64,000 nt of DNA, taken from assembly GCA_030141605.1 (NCBI GenBank), contig JAQGDQ010000463.1, positions 117,141 to 181,140 of the forward strand, given 5' to 3'. Both the position numbers and the translations under genes were made by a program. Below are positions 1 to 13,785 of the stretch, piece by piece. Under the pieces are notes generated by a model. The model saw only the letters and a program-made list of their open reading frames with translations, was not told where the DNA came from and did not search any database. This DNA is from Tubiluchus corallicola (lineage: Eukaryota; Animalia; Priapulida). Position 1 is the first letter of the stretch. Each line of letters opens with the position of its first letter.

Positions 1-1489
1 CAGGATCACCACCTTCCTCTAGAACTTGCCTTTCAGCAAGAACTTCTGCCACACGTAAGTCTGGTATTGATGTTGCACGTGGCTATTGCCTACGCTTCTT
101 TTCATAGGATCATGCAACACTAGTAGCATAGAAGTTTAGTCAAGGTAGAGATGGTAGTTTGGGACTCTAAAAACACACAACGTACTACCTTTTTAGATGT
201 AAGACAAAATGACAATAATAATAATAAGAAGAATAGTGTTACGAGCGGTGTTATGTCACCTCCGCAGTTGATTACATCTCTTGATGTGGTACCTATCTGA
301 AATTTTGCTACCCTTCCCTTTAAATAATGCAGTGTTAGAAATTTTCCTGCAACTTGCAATTTTCTTACGCAAGAGGTAAATTGGCTTTAAATTTGATAAA
401 TTTGTTTAAAGGCACTGTAATTTAATTTTCTTGTGTTTTTTCTCAAAAATAAGCTGAATCAATTAATAGTGCTTAATAGGCAATATTTTCTGCTAAGATT
501 AAATTTTTTGTTATAATCACGAAATGTAAACGTCACTTTGCTTTTCTATTTTTTATTAATAAACAAAATAAGGAGAATACACCAAGCAAATGTGTATTTT
601 TTCCTTCAAATACTGGGTTCTTGCAATAATTAAAAAAATTGTATGAGCTTTTTGAATGCCAGTTAGACTAGTTATAAGGAAAGCCAGTTAGTTGAAATGC
701 TTAAATAGAATAGTAATGTGACTCTGCATATTAGTATAACTACTAGTGTCGTAATTTCACTGGCTTACCACAATGCCAAGCAGAAACCCGAGTGCATGCT
801 GTACAAAACTCTAATACACTTTTTAACATGCTATAAAAACGCTCCTATTATGTCAGAATCACTTAAAAGAAGGGAACAGGTACCTATAACAATCATGTAA
901 ATAGAGTGCAGTTTGTGTCCCCATGCTTCATCAGCCAGCAGAGGCTCAATGTCAAATCGCACTGCTCAGTGATTGGTACACTAGCACTCAATTTCAGGTG
1001 CTCAAATTCATATGCTGCTTGGTGATTGGTCAATGAGTGCTCAGTTTGCTCACATATTGAGAGTCTTACAGCTTGGCACCAGTGCTACCAGTCAACATGC
1101 AGAGTAAGCTTGAGATTTCCTCCTTGTAGCTCAATATCCAACAGCGCCACCTGTACCCAAGACAGAAGGGCGACCCTTACGGTATCAATATATTCCCAAA
1201 TTAGCTGGCAACTAATGATATCATTAATTAATTCTTACTGCAATTGACAGAATTGCAGTTTATCTCTTTTGGATTTTTCTTTTTTGTGCATCTGATTGTC
1301 GCTTACTGAAATTGCAGTGTATTGAAAATTCCTCAGACAAAAAAAATTGATCGCATAACTTCAGTTTGACTTGGTGACACTGACTGTTGCCTGTGCACTT
1401 CTGCATGGAATCTAAGCTTTGGTTGCTTTTGTACAAAATGCATGAATGGTGCTGCCCCAAAGTTCACTCGAAAACAGTTCAAACGTAAT

Positions 1490-2330
1490 CTTATTCAAAC
1501 TCTAGCACATAGAGTATATTGAATTTCATCAATCTATCACAAATGTCATGAAGAAATCAATACCATAAAAACCTTTTTAATTTCTAATAGGTTTCCAACG
1601 TGGCTAACTGACTTAACAATCAAAAAATATCTTGATAAAGTTTTTTCCAAAAAAATCGGCATACATTCTGTTTCCATAAAATAGTATATTTACCCATACA
1701 GTTTATTGGGCCTCAGTCTTCGCAAGTGAAAAACAAAATCTGTCACATTGTGAAACAACTGTTCCCACATATTCAGCTACGTATTGTGTTAAACCTGGCA
1801 ATAATTTAGGCTCTTTCTTCCCATTTAAAGACAAAATACCCACAGTATTACAGTCTGGTATTATTTATAGATTTCAGTGCAGCAGCTGCAATGCTGCTTA
1901 TCATGGCAAAACATCCAGACACATTAAAGTAAACGTTTATGAACATTTGGTTATTTCACTTAGAACTGGCAAAAATTAAAAAAATCTCCTCAATCCAGCA
2001 TTAATGACCATGTTTGTGCCTCCGGCCACAAAGATGATTTTAATAATTTCAGCTTTGTCACCAGAGCTACAAGTAACTGGGACCCCAATAAACTTTCTCT
2101 TAATGTACAAAGCAGTTCAATTCCTTTAACTTTATTTTCAAACACTTAGTTATTTGTTACTGCATCAGTTTCTTTTTCTTCAGGTCTGGTTAATCATTAC
2201 TTATTTGGCTTTTGGAAATACAAAATTAGTGCATAATAGGCTCTGCCTATATAAACTGGTTGTATGTTTGTAAAATTTACCTCCGATGATGACAGCAGTA
2301 ATCTGTTGAAATGTTTGGCATGATTTTTCA
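1490..2330 (+). mobile_element. Penelope-like retroelement 3' fragment (GIY-YIG endonuclease remnant plus terminal repeat region)
   Basis: From about 1853 reads SGIIYRFQCSSCNAAYHGKTSRHIKVNVYEHL, a GIY-YIG pattern with the CxxC typical of Penelope elements; frameshifted. The downstream segment 2090-2320 matches 37180-37490 in reverse complement. Confidence 0.8.
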
Positions 2331-2639
2331 CTATGTAAAGTAAAAATTATTTAATAAACTTATGTTGTTTTAAATAGACTTGTTTTAATTTTTGATTTGT
2401 GCCTGTAATTTTATTGTATTTCTTTAACTATGTAAAATATTGGCCGATGAGCCATTACGGGAAGTGAAGCTAAGATAATAATAATAATAATAATAATATA
2501 ATAATAATAATATAATGAATATTATTATTATTATTATTATTATTATTGTTATATTGCATCACAAAGCATGCTCACTGTGGGTTAACACTAACTAAGTGCA
2601 ATTTTCATTTCTTTGAGAAAAACAATGATTCTGAGTTTA

Positions 2640-3080
2640 CAGTCGGGTCAATCCTTCATTAAGCAAACTTGGTATGAGACCCGTCAAGACAATATTCTAT
2701 CTGCACAGTAGAGAAACTTCAATGAAGAACGACCAAGCAGATTTCATTTGTGAGTAAACTGACTTATTCACAAAAGATCCAAGAACTCAGTCTTAGGACA
2801 CTTAAGTATAGGCACATGAGGCGGGACATTATACAAAGGATATATTTCAGGATTCTGCACAGTATTGACAAAATGCATATGGGCGATTATGTTACAAATA
2901 TCAACAGACAAGAAGCCTACATATCAACTAATTAAGCATTGTATCCAGGCAGTGGTACAAAATGTTGGCACGTATTTTCATTCAGCGTTGTCGATCTATG
3001 GAACAAGCTCTCAGCCAATGTTGTTGAGGTAACAAGCACCGACAAATTTTAGGCATGTCTTGATAAGCACTTTAAAATCC
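2640..3080 (+). mobile_element. CR1-like LINE ORF2 C-terminal remnant
   Basis: LSLRTLKYRHMRRDII and FSVVDLWNKLSANVVEVTSTDKF..LDKH motifs typical of CR1 ORF2 ends; contains stops and frameshifts. Confidence 0.65.
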
Positions 3081-3549
3081 ACTTAAATTCATAGATGCCA
3101 TGTTAGCTGAATGGGAACGAAATGTTCTAAAGGCATGACCTTGCATACCACTATACAATTTCTCAGTTACAGCAATTTTAGTAAAGTGGAATGGCAAGTA
3201 GCACAAGTGGAATAGCAGTAGATTAATAACTCATCTTTGGATTACTGATTATGAAATATGATTAATTCATTCATCTTCACAAGTCCCTTTCAGCGCGGAG
3301 CTACCCACTTGGGAGTGCATAGTTACACCACTGATATGTTGTTTCATTTACCCTATATGACCCTCGTTTAAGCAGTCACTGATTTTGATTAAGTAAGGAA
3401 ATTTAATAATAGAATAATTAACAAAGTCCTACATTTATTAGGGATTGATTTATATAACATTTTTAGTTCATGATGATATTTTTACAATTGCTAAATTGTA
3501 CAAATATAATTAATTTATGTAATTATTACGTTATGTGCATGCAAAATAA

Positions 3550-4170
3550 AACCGTACCAAGTGTTACCATACTCTGCTGTGATGAAGTCAAACTTCTAAG
3601 TGTTGAGATTGATTATCTTTTAAATTTTGATAAACATATTTCTAGCATATGCATTTCAGCCTCAAACCAAATAAATACTCTAAAACGTATTGGAAAATAC
3701 ATAAATCTAAATTGCATAAAAGCAATATTGCATTCATTAATAATGTCGATTTTTAATTTTTGTACACTTGTGTAGAAATATTACAGTGCGAGAAATCAGG
3801 ATAAACTTGAAAGTGGTCATTATAGGGTGCTTACATTTGTTTATAGCAATTTTAACAGTTTGTACGAGGACCTACAAAAGACGTGACACTAGTTCATTAA
3901 ATATACAATTACATACTTGGAAACTTTTAAAATACTTAATGGTGACTGTCCATCGCATATGTTACAACTCATTAAAAGCAAAGAATAGGTATATAGTTAT
4001 AGATACACAAGTATGTTAGACATGCCAAAAGTAAGAACTAAAAATATGGTTAAAATAGGTTTTGAAGTTCTAGTGTAAAAATGTGGAATCAATTACTTGA
4101 GCACGAGAGAGTTGGTTCAAATGATCATTTTAATGTTTTTAAGAAACTTTGCTGATGTGGAATGGATAGT
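3550..4170 (+). mobile_element. L2/CR1-group LINE ORF2 C-terminal remnant
   Basis: EVKLLSVEIDYLLNFDKHISSICISASNQINTLKRI...SIFNFCTLV, then SSVKMWNQL; degraded. Confidence 0.7.
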
Positions 4171-5399
4171 CTTGCAGATGTTGTCGTTCTAATAATGTGT
4201 AATGCTCTGCTAAATTTTTGTCTGCATTGCTTACCTGTATAATACCTGTGTATGCTGGGCAGTTTACACTTACGTAATTTTAGTTAGGCTTTATTTTGAA
4301 CGTCAAATTAACTTTTTTTTATTTTTTCATTTACAGAGATAAATATTTTTAATGGTATATCTTCATATTGTATTTCTTATGCATTCTTTAAGTCGGTTGT
4401 AAAGGCTTCGTAGCTTATGTTTATTATTGTGCGAACCAACTTAAAATATACTCTGCTGTACTCTGATTACATATATATTATATAATTATGAAGTAGGTGG
4501 AGTAAGTACGACACATTGGCAATTTTAAATATAAATTTTTTACACCAAATGCACCGTCACACCATCCTGCGTATACTAATATTAGCCACAGGGGTATCAT
4601 TATAATCTAGGACAAAAATTATTAAAAGTTTACAGTCGTGCACCCACGCGCTGACAAAATGGAAATCTAGGCACAGAAATAATACTGTCCACTAAAAAAC
4701 GTTCTGTTTGATATTTTTTCTATAATTAATATGAACTTTATGATTATCCACTATAGTGTAGTTGTGTTGTCAGTAGTCACGAGTCCTGACAGTAGACGTT
4801 TACGCAATTACCAGGCATATCTAATTCAATGGCTAACGCACGTGATTGCTGCTTGGGGAACCGCTCTCAGACGTTGCTAGTTCCTCGAATAATTATTGTC
4901 GTCTCATGGTAACTAATATAAAAAGTTATACACACTTGAGCACGCTATGTGTTCAAATGCGCAAACAAAAACTACGCATATCAAGGACATAATCATTGAA
5001 ACAGACTTTATTGATTATACTGTACTACTGGTATACACGAAATTTTCCCTTCATGTTTGTAGGTTCCTTGTCCATTGCTCTTGAAAATGTACACCATATT
5101 TTGAAACACCATATCATCTTCATTGGTTAACATTTTTATGAAATACTGTTGGGTGGCAACTAGTAAATATCTGAAAGGAAGCAAGTCCAAGTCAGTTATA
5201 CTGCTGGCCTCAGACATAGCACAATACCCACCTTATGCACTGTTACATAAAAGCTTTGAGATCGAGCTTTTTTTAACGAATCAACGGTACAGCACAACAA
5301 GATGCATAGCCATAAAATGACCAGCATAAAGACTGTAGACTTCAAAACTTACAAAGCCAGTTGCTTGTCAGCACCACTTCTGATATCAAGGCAGAGGAA

Positions 5400-5990
5400 T
5401 GGACAATTAAAATCAAAAGAAGATTAAGATAGATAGGACAAACAGAAACCAACAGGCAATGCATACTTTTCCCCAGAACAAGAATGTGTTAACTAGCAAG
5501 AAATTAGGTTTTGAAGTAAGACTTCGATTATCTAATGTTTACGTTACCAGCATACAGTATTTATGTACAACAGTGAAACTTGGGGTTTAACGATTACTCA
5601 ACAAAAGCAGATTGACACATTTCTTAGAAGCCTTCTTAGGAAAGTTTTAAAGATAAGATGGCCATATATAATCAAAAATGAAGATTTATATGCTAGAACT
5701 AAAGAAATTCCTTGGAGTTCAAAAGTCAAGTTCCGAAGATTAAGATGGCTACGACACCTTCTCAGATTACCAAGTGAAACCCCAATAAGAACTGCCTTAA
5801 AGGAAGCCCTAAAACCTTGCAAAAAACCACCTGGTAAACCTAAAACAGCTTGGATAGCTAAGATAAATAAAGATGTTCAACAACTTCAACCAAATCTATC
5901 TTTAGCAGTAGAAGAACTTATGCTGTTAGATGCAGATAAAAGTGGGTGAAATGCTCTAATAAATGTTGGTATCTCAATGCCTCAGAAGGT
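5400..5990 (+). mobile_element. RTE-clade LINE C-terminal remnant
   Basis: ORF 5563-5949 contains YNSETWGLT..LRKVLKIRWP..RRLRWLRHLLRL, the characteristic RTE post-RT region. Confidence 0.8.
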
Positions 5991-6699
5991 GTAATGAGAT
6001 TTTGAAGAATAAACAGAAGAACTCTGCACGTGGCGATACATGTTAAAAATGCCACATTTTAATTATTTTCATGAATGAAAAGTTTTTTTGTGTTAAAATG
6101 TGATTTCTTGTAATTCAGTTTAATGCCATATGTGTGTTTTAATACCACGTAGAAACACGACACCAAAACTTACATTCTTTCACATATGGTACTGAAATAG
6201 TGTAACGGACGAGGTAAGCTAAGCATGCGACAACTTGTTGGTGAAACATGCTGTCTGCTTTATTAGATTTATTGAGCCAGTTTAGTCAATGTATATATTA
6301 TTATTGTGTTTTATTGTGTATTGTATTGACGATTATACCCTATGTGCGGGATTTTGTCTGTGTAGTTTTTTCTTCATTGTAATGTATTGTATTGTTTATG
6401 TAATGTTTTGTAGCTTGTAATTGCACCTGTAATTGTATGGCTTGTAAATCATTATATAAACAGAGACAGCAATTCAAATTTGACATACAGAAAAATAATT
6501 ACCAAATTAAACAAGTACATTAAAGTCAAAGCCCTTGACACCTCATAGAGATTGCAAAGACAAAATCCTTGAGTCTAAGCGAGAATTATATTGAAGACTC
6601 TGTACTATGAATGGGGACAAGGCAGGTAATCTACTCAAAGTAAAACACAGAACATTTAAAACACATCAACAGTCAAACGGAAACATTTAAGAAGCTTAC

Positions 6700-7290
6700 A
6701 ACTAAGAAAAAGATGAATCTTTTGGTCCATCCCAGGAAAAATCTTCTGGGAAACCCACATGGCCTTGCCCCTTTTACAGGATACCTGATCACTGGCCGAC
6801 AAATCCAACAGAGTTACCACTTTAGATGATAGACTACAAAAATTAAGTGCATCGTTAAAGTGTTACAAATGTTTATATGGCAGCCATCCTGCTGAAACTT
6901 GTATTCATGTTTGCAAATGTTTTTACTGTAAACGTGGTGCTCACAACTCTGCACCTTGTTCCCATCAAATTTAAAGCAAACAGAAATTCGTTAAATCCGA
7001 AAGATAACTACAAAGGCCAAAAACATAAGGACAAAGATCAAAACACACCAAAACAAAACACACCCCGCATGTTTCTCGTGATGAACAAATATTAGGTTGT
7101 TTTGAATCTGAAGGTCCAGTTATTCTACAAACTGCACTGGCAACTCTCTCTGCCAGTGATGGCACACATTCTATATGCAAACAGAAATGTATTATATTTG
7201 GTTGCGGAAGTTAACGCACGTTTTGTACCAGAGAACTTGCTAGCAAACTCAATTTAAAGTTGTCCTTATCAGGATCATTTTACATACGAT
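6700..7290 (+). mobile_element. BEL/Pao LTR retrotransposon fragment (gag zinc knuckles, protease start)
   Basis: About 6862-6958 reads CYKCLYGSHPAETCIHVCKCFYCKRGAHNSAPC; about 7120 reads VILQTALATL, then RTFCTRELASKLNL, matching the BEL/Pao gag-protease junction. Confidence 0.65.
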
Positions 7291-7899
7291 CACTTTAGGG
7301 AGCCAGCACTCAGTTTGTTGATGCACTCTGCTTCCGCCTCTGCCTCTGGTTACATTATTATAGGTGAAGTCTCACTTTCCCAGCCAAGTTATAAGGAGTT
7401 GGCGCTGCAATCGCGAAGTGATATGTTGACTTTTTTGAGTTCACTAAAGTTTTGCAAATTTTTGCAAAAGTAAAAGGACACTCTGTTTTATAGAAATAAG
7501 TGAAAAGCGTTCGGAAAGTAAAATCTATAATTAGACATTGAAATATTCATCAAAAATTTAGTGCGACATGACAGTTACTCGACGTCGAAAAATTTTCCGC
7601 CATTAATGCCTGTTTATTATTGTGATTCCTAACCAGCTCTGAGATTTCAGCATTTCAAATACGTTTATTTAGTGCCAACGAACTCTATTTCGAGCTGACG
7701 TAGTTGAGTTCCATTCAAGTTGCAATTAGTGGCACAACGAGTATTCGTGATTTTTGAATAATCAGTGCCTGGTTTAACAGACCGAAGTTTCTGGTCAGTT
7801 CATTCCATATTGTTTATGCTTCGAAATTGCTAGGTTAAACAGAAACTAAAATCAGCTCAGTTTCTGCACATGCCAGCAAATTCAAATCCAACACTAAAC

Positions 7900-9163
7900 C
7901 TATGAAAAAAAAACAACACAGAACAAAATCTAGTACTGAAGTAGATCACGTAGCCGAAGTTGTCCCAAACAATAGATCAATAACCCGACACATCAGCTAA
8001 ACGTGTCACATGCCCCAAATGTAAAACCGCAGTTAAAGATGATGACAAAGGTGTATCGTGTGAAATATGCGAAAGATGGTTCCACACTTCATGTGTTAGT
8101 GTGAGCGATACATTGTGTGATGTACTGATGAATGGTGAGAATGAAATCCATTGGTACTGTACTTACTGCAACAGTGCAGCCCTACAATTGAAATAGGATA
8201 TCATAAATTTGCAGTCTGAGTTTGGGAAAATTGAAACTGACCAGAACAAGGTAACAGATAAGGTTACAGCAATTGATGAAAAGCTGGAGGCTTTTAGTAA
8301 AAATGGTAACTCAAAAATAAATGCTATAGAAAAGAAAATCTACCATAGAGGTAACCTGAGTGGCAGTGAAGTCGATAACCTATTTGAAGATTTTAATGAA
8401 CGAATGCAAAAAAGGCAGAAAAAGAGTAGCATCATAATACATGGCTTACATCAGTTGCAGACAGTCAGTGGTATGAGCAATGAGTTCAAAATACATTGAA
8501 CATAAATGTCAAAATCATGGAATCAATGCCTCTAAAGGTAGCGCCTATGGTGACATCTGCATCTACAGGACCAGTTAGGATCCGTCTTTCACATCCTGGC
8601 CAAAAATGGCAAGTGTTAAAGGCTGCTAAAGATTTACATAAAAAGCCGGGGTGTAAGAATGTTTATGTAAATCCTGATCTCACTTGGCGTGAACCGAGGA
8701 AAACAAAAAGCTAGTCAGTGAACTAAAGTCAAGAAGGGCCAAAGGAGAAATTGTTAAAATACATAAAAATCAAATAGTCAGCATCGATGAAGACAATAGT
8801 ACGCACTCTCCTAAAGTATATTCTTCTGACCAGCATTCTGCAGTCATACAGCAACAAAATAGTAATCCAACGGCAGCTTTTGCAGAAGGCAACTGTGTAC
8901 CGATTTCTATGTCAGATATAAATGACACAGAATCTGTCATATGTGAACTTGAAGCTCCTGAACAATTACGTGAAGATGATAGTGATGCAGGATCAAATAA
9001 AAAGACGTCACCTAAAATCCGCTTGCTATCTGAACTAAATCAACAGCTACAACAAACTATTACCTGTCCTAGGAATAAAACTTCAACTATCACAGGAATG
9101 ACAGACCAGTATTTAACACCACCGCTAACTCGCTTAAAATCGATAGTTACCAAGAAAAAGTGA
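7900..9163 (+). mobile_element. LINE (CR1/L2 type) ORF1 pseudogene with PHD finger
   Basis: About 8010-8170 reads CPKCKTAVKDDDKGVSCEICERWFHTSCV...HWYCTYC (PHD finger), then a coiled-coil, then PVRIRL..VLKAAKDL..NVYVNPDLT. No ORF2 follows; an (TTAC)n-like tail lies near 9285-9300. Confidence 0.8.
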
Positions 9164-9479
9164 CATGTGAAACACTAGTCACTAGACCCTTGGTCTTTTC
9201 GCCACCCCGTCTCTTTTCCATCTTTATTTTAAATTTTTTGCATTTGTTTATGTTTATTTTGTAACATTCAGAGACAAATAAATTACTTTACTTACTTACG
9301 CATGGGAGAGTGCTCTACAGGGAGTTGTGCAGGGACAAGAACCGTTAAGTCTGCCTGTAAAAGAGACCATGAATCATGATCTAGGAGACAGAAGTCTATC
9401 ACTGTATAACTGTTAGTCAGATCTCAAGATCAGACATATGACGACTTTGTGAGCTTGAATCTTTGGGTATTAGAGACAA

Positions 9480-9930
9480 TCAATCAAAACGAGTTACTCT
9501 CAACCAGTTCTCTACTGCCTTAACAGAGGTCAAGACTCTTGGTTAATGTAGGAGAGGATATAAATTCCAGCCACCTTTTGATATCTGCAGATTTTTTGCT
9601 TGTAGGTGGCTCTAAAACATTTCCTCTAACTGGAACACAGCATCTTGATACAGAATTCAATGCAAATCAGCCAGTTGACTCAGCTTGCAAAATTCATGAA
9701 GGAATTGGAAGGCATGAGCATTTGGATGAGTATTAGAAATCTCTGAGAGAGCAACACAAAGCTACTCATAAGCAGAATCGCACTGCTGTGAATGAGGTGC
9801 CAAGCACTGATGAAGTTGTTTTAGTCAAGGATCCACAAGTACCCAGAGGTCAGTGGAAATTGGCTGCATTATTGAGTTGATAGCTGACAAAGATGAAGTC
9901 ACAAGAGGTGCTAAATCACAGATGCCTAAT
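9480..9930 (+). mobile_element. BEL/Pao pol C-terminal (DUF5641-like) fragment
   Basis: LREQHK...VPSTDEVVLVKDPQVPRGQWKLA...DKDEVTRGA. Probably continues the 6.7-7.3 kb element after the LINE insertion. Confidence 0.7.
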
Positions 9931-11159
9931 GTTACACGCTACAAAATATTAGCAACCAGACGAATGCGTGCATAATAAAGTAGTATTTATTAAACTAATT
10001 AGGAACGTAAACAAAAAAGATCAGGACAGCAAGACAGTTTATCATTATCCAATGAATCATACTTCCAGAGACATGATTCTGCTCACCTCCCTATGCCAGG
10101 ACTCCCTGCTTGCCGCAATGCGCCAAGTGCATTTATTTTTAACTTCTAAGGATCAATGCTGAAGTGTTTAAATCTTTCTGTGCAAAATCTACATATATCA
10201 ATTATATTTAGCCCAACTTCACAGAAAGCTTTGCTTATCTTTCAAGGTCAGGTGTCCCATAATGCAACTGTGTTTCGTCAGTACTATGGCTGTCTGTGGG
10301 TCAATGTGTACTAGTCTGTTGTCGGATGTATACAGTGTCGGACTGCTGTACTGCTTTTCTTCAGCCCATAAAAGATGTCATTACTGGAGGAATTGTTGTT
10401 CACAATGGGAGTACTCAAATGTTAAGTGATCACAAGTGAATTTACCAATTACACTCGGCACGTGTAACACATATTACTAAATTCATTTTCACGGATATTT
10501 AAGCAAGTATTTAATATAATTTATAATAAATCTAAAAGACAGTCTACTTCTTCTTCTGCTTCACTGAATCAAACGTCCAGGGACATGATTCTGCTCACTT
10601 CACGCTGCAATGTCCCAAGTGGATTTGTTTCTAAGGAAGGATCAATGCTGCTAAGCAATAACCGAGATCTTTGATCTACATAAACCATATCTATGGCAAA
10701 GTGTATAAAGAGGAAGTGATGAAAGTTATTGTTTTGCGATAATTTTTGCGATTAGCGGCTATGCTGGCGGCATCAAACGGCGTATCAGTAAAAAATTTTG
10801 AGCGGTGCATTGACAAGAATAATAATAATATTCTTAAGTTCACCAGTAGTGTTGGCATACGTGCAATTTCGATAAGCCAAAAACACTTTTGCGCTTTTAA
10901 TAAAAGAAGAATATTTCAAATAAAAGCAATTATTAGTTTTATAAAACTAAAAACACATCATGAAAACGGAAAAAATTGTAACAATAAAGTTTGTATTATG
11001 TACTTGCAAATGCTTCTTCAGTTTTCTTGTAAGTAAAATTTTGTTGTTTTCCTGAGGAAAGAGGCTAGCTAACTGCGTGATGGGCTGCCTACTATGTAAA
11101 AAAGTAATGCATTTTTTATTGATTTGTTGATTTTTCTCTCCCTCCCTCTCTTAGAGAGG

Positions 11160-11275
11160 AAAGGAGAGAGAGAGAGAGAGAGAAAGAGCGAGGGAGAGGA
11201 AGAGAAACAGAAACAGTGAAAGGGAGGGAAAAAGAAAGAAAGAGAGGGGGAGGGAGAGACACACGCCCGCACACA

Positions 11276-11306
<31 letters not shown>

Positions 11307-11307
11307 G

Positions 11308-11347
<40 letters not shown>
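11160..11347. repeat. Compound (GA)n/(GCAC)n/(CG)n/(CA)n microsatellite inside P1
   Basis: Directly visible; related GA tracts occur in the other P copies (14230-14380, 16680-16790, 19690-19755). Confidence 0.95.
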
Positions 11348-11349
<2 letters not shown>

Positions 11350-12929
11350 TCTTTCTCTTCCTTTTGTTGAAGGTTCTGCCATTTGTTTTTTGGTCATTTT
11401 ACTCCAATGCAAGGTAGCGAATTTGGCACATTAAAAATTGCACCCATTTACGTGCCCTGCAATTAATCTATATAATTACACATATATTATATTGTAGGTT
11501 TGTATATAAATAATTCGCACACGCACGCAAGCACACAACAAGTAATTGCATGATACAGTGCTTCATATATTCAATTCAATTCAATTCAAAACGTGCATTT
11601 ATTTCCATATTCATGATATCACTGAGGCAAGTAAATGTATTTAATTTTGACAATGGAAATACGATGGTGAAAGACCAAGAAGGTCAACTAGTCAAGCCAT
11701 CCTAAAATGGATGTATGTGATTATTGGGATGACACTGTAACTATTTCACTCATGAATAGTAGTGAAATTACATTATTACTATTTTACTTAGCAACTTGAT
11801 CTGTTTAAAATTCTGTAATCAACTTTAAATAACTGAAGGATAAAAATGCAATCAAAGATATCTAAACATACAGGAAAATGATAAACAAAAAGCAATGGTA
11901 AGCAAAAGCCGAATAATGTGGTACAAATGAATAAAAAATGATCAAAATTCAAGTTGTAATATCGTCCATGCATAACTCAATATCAGAAAAACATGCAAAA
12001 TAATAACAATAATACTAAATAAAAAATAATAAAACAAATTAAATAAAATGAAAAGCAAGCTAGCCAAACAGAAATTTAAATAAACTTTCAAATAGGGAAC
12101 TGAATCAAGCTGCAAAATACATGCATTAAAACAATAACTAAACAGTCTGATTAATAAGCAAAACAAAAGAAAAACAAATAAGATCAGCTAAGTTTGAGTC
12201 AAATACCGAAAATTAGATTCTATGAAGCTGAGCCTATATATTTAACTATATAAAATGATTGCCCTCGGCACCTAGGCCTGTATAGAATCAGTTAATTTAA
12301 GCCCATCAATAAATGATATTTATCAAGACTTGTCAGTGGATTTAGCCACAGGTGTTTTATTAGTACGCTTATACAAGTACATTTTTTACACGTAAGCAAA
12401 CTGTATTTAATAAACATTTATTTTGATGTAAGCCTAATTGAATCTTAAAAAATTAGGCTAAATATAAGTAATGTCTGCACATGATATATAAAGGTGGTAT
12501 GACACGCGCGCAGATTCTAATTTATGCGCCAGGTTGGCTTCTCGCCTGAACTCTGTAACTAGATTTTGACCTAGTTAGTTGGTTGTTATAGAGGTGGAAG
12601 TAATGTCGGCTGCTTAGGATGACAGCTCTGATGCTTCGTTCAGTTATTTTTTGTTCACTGATAATAAAAAAGAGGAGTAATGTCATAAATGCATCTCTGC
12701 TTGTTCAACGTAATTTTATAACTAACTCCAACTCATAACAAAGGCCAATGTATGATTACATGCTTTTTAAACATTTTAAAACTTGGAATTAACAAAACAT
12801 GCAGATGCTTAGATTAAGTTTTGTTCTGGAAAATTATTTGCTTTTCTGAAAAAATAGATTTTTTTCTATGAAAAGTATTACACATGAAAGTCAGACCTAA
12901 TATTTCTTCAAGTTATATTTCCTGATAAG

Positions 12930-13179
12930 TGTTATATTAGTACGTATTATGTATTAATGCGTCAGAACGCATTGTAATAAAGTAGTTCGGTAACACGCAT
13001 AATGGTGTACTATGTTTCGTTATTTCTACTAGATAGAAATCCAGGTACACCAAGTAGTGTTTTATGTTGATGTACCTGGATTTCTATCTACATAGTAGAA
13101 ATAACGAAACACAGTACACCATTATGCGTGTTACCGAACTACTTTATTACAATGCGTTCTGACGCATTAATACATAACA
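12930..13179. mobile_element. 250-bp fold-back insertion with TG...CA ends
   Basis: Absent from the homologous site in P2 (15621-15635). Arms of about 105 bp (12947-13051 / 13066-13177); flanked by ATAAG/ACAAG. Confidence 0.8.
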
Positions 13180-13785
13180 ACAAGAACATATTAAATAGGA
13201 ATGTTTTTTAGAAAAAATATTTCTCCAGAAATCGAATACTACATGAGCCAGGTATTTGCAAACTTTCTTTTTGATCAACTTTCTTAACTTCTTTTGTAAA
13301 TAAGCCTATTAATTTTTGTAAGATATGATTATAATAATTTTTATTTTAACTACTAATTATTCTTAATGCCTTATGCTTGCTTTAAATAATATTCAAAAAT
13401 ATAACAGCTGCTATAAATCGCCAAAGAAAGATATAGGCCTTGCTGTCTTTGCTTAGTGTACAAAATATTTAACTTGTAACAAAAGTTACAAAACTGTGTT
13501 ATAATTAACATTTTATTATAATTACCTGGCTGCATCCTTGCGAAATTTAAAAAGATATTTTTATTTGCATTTTTGCAACTCACTGCTGAGCAATTTATGA
13601 GCGCCTGTTAACCGGCCTGGTTTGATGGTCTCATCAATTCATCTGCTACAATACCCACAGCTTGCTCTGTTGCGTACCTGACAACAACAGTCCGTACTGA
13701 ACTGCCGCTAGGGCGACACTAACTGCGTGAACTACTGCGCAGTAGGATTTCCCTACTTTCTGTGGTTTGTATTCTTTGTCTATGG

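Larger units (their letters stand above)
10697..13778 (-). mobile_element. Non-autonomous P-superfamily (THAP) element, copy P1
   Basis: Termini CAAAGTGTATAAAG...TTTGTATTCTTTG; 7-bp duplication TCTATGG at 10690-10696 and 13779-13785; degenerate THAP first exon near the right end. Confidence 0.8.

Noticed and set aside
1140-1160. CTCF-like motif ACAGCGCCACCTGT
   Set aside because: A single short match with no supporting context.
10060-10650. Short direct repeat (10065-10161 versus 10577-10650) as possible LTR pair
   Set aside because: Too short and gapped; no TG..CA ends or TSD visible.
10746-11036. Recurrent RLAAMLAAS ORFs (also 13818, 16203, 19821)
   Set aside because: They recur only because the P-element end is repeated; starts, stops and frames differ between copies and no domain was recognised.
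11069-11434. CV/RA/HT-repeat ORFs
   Set aside because: Translations of microsatellites.
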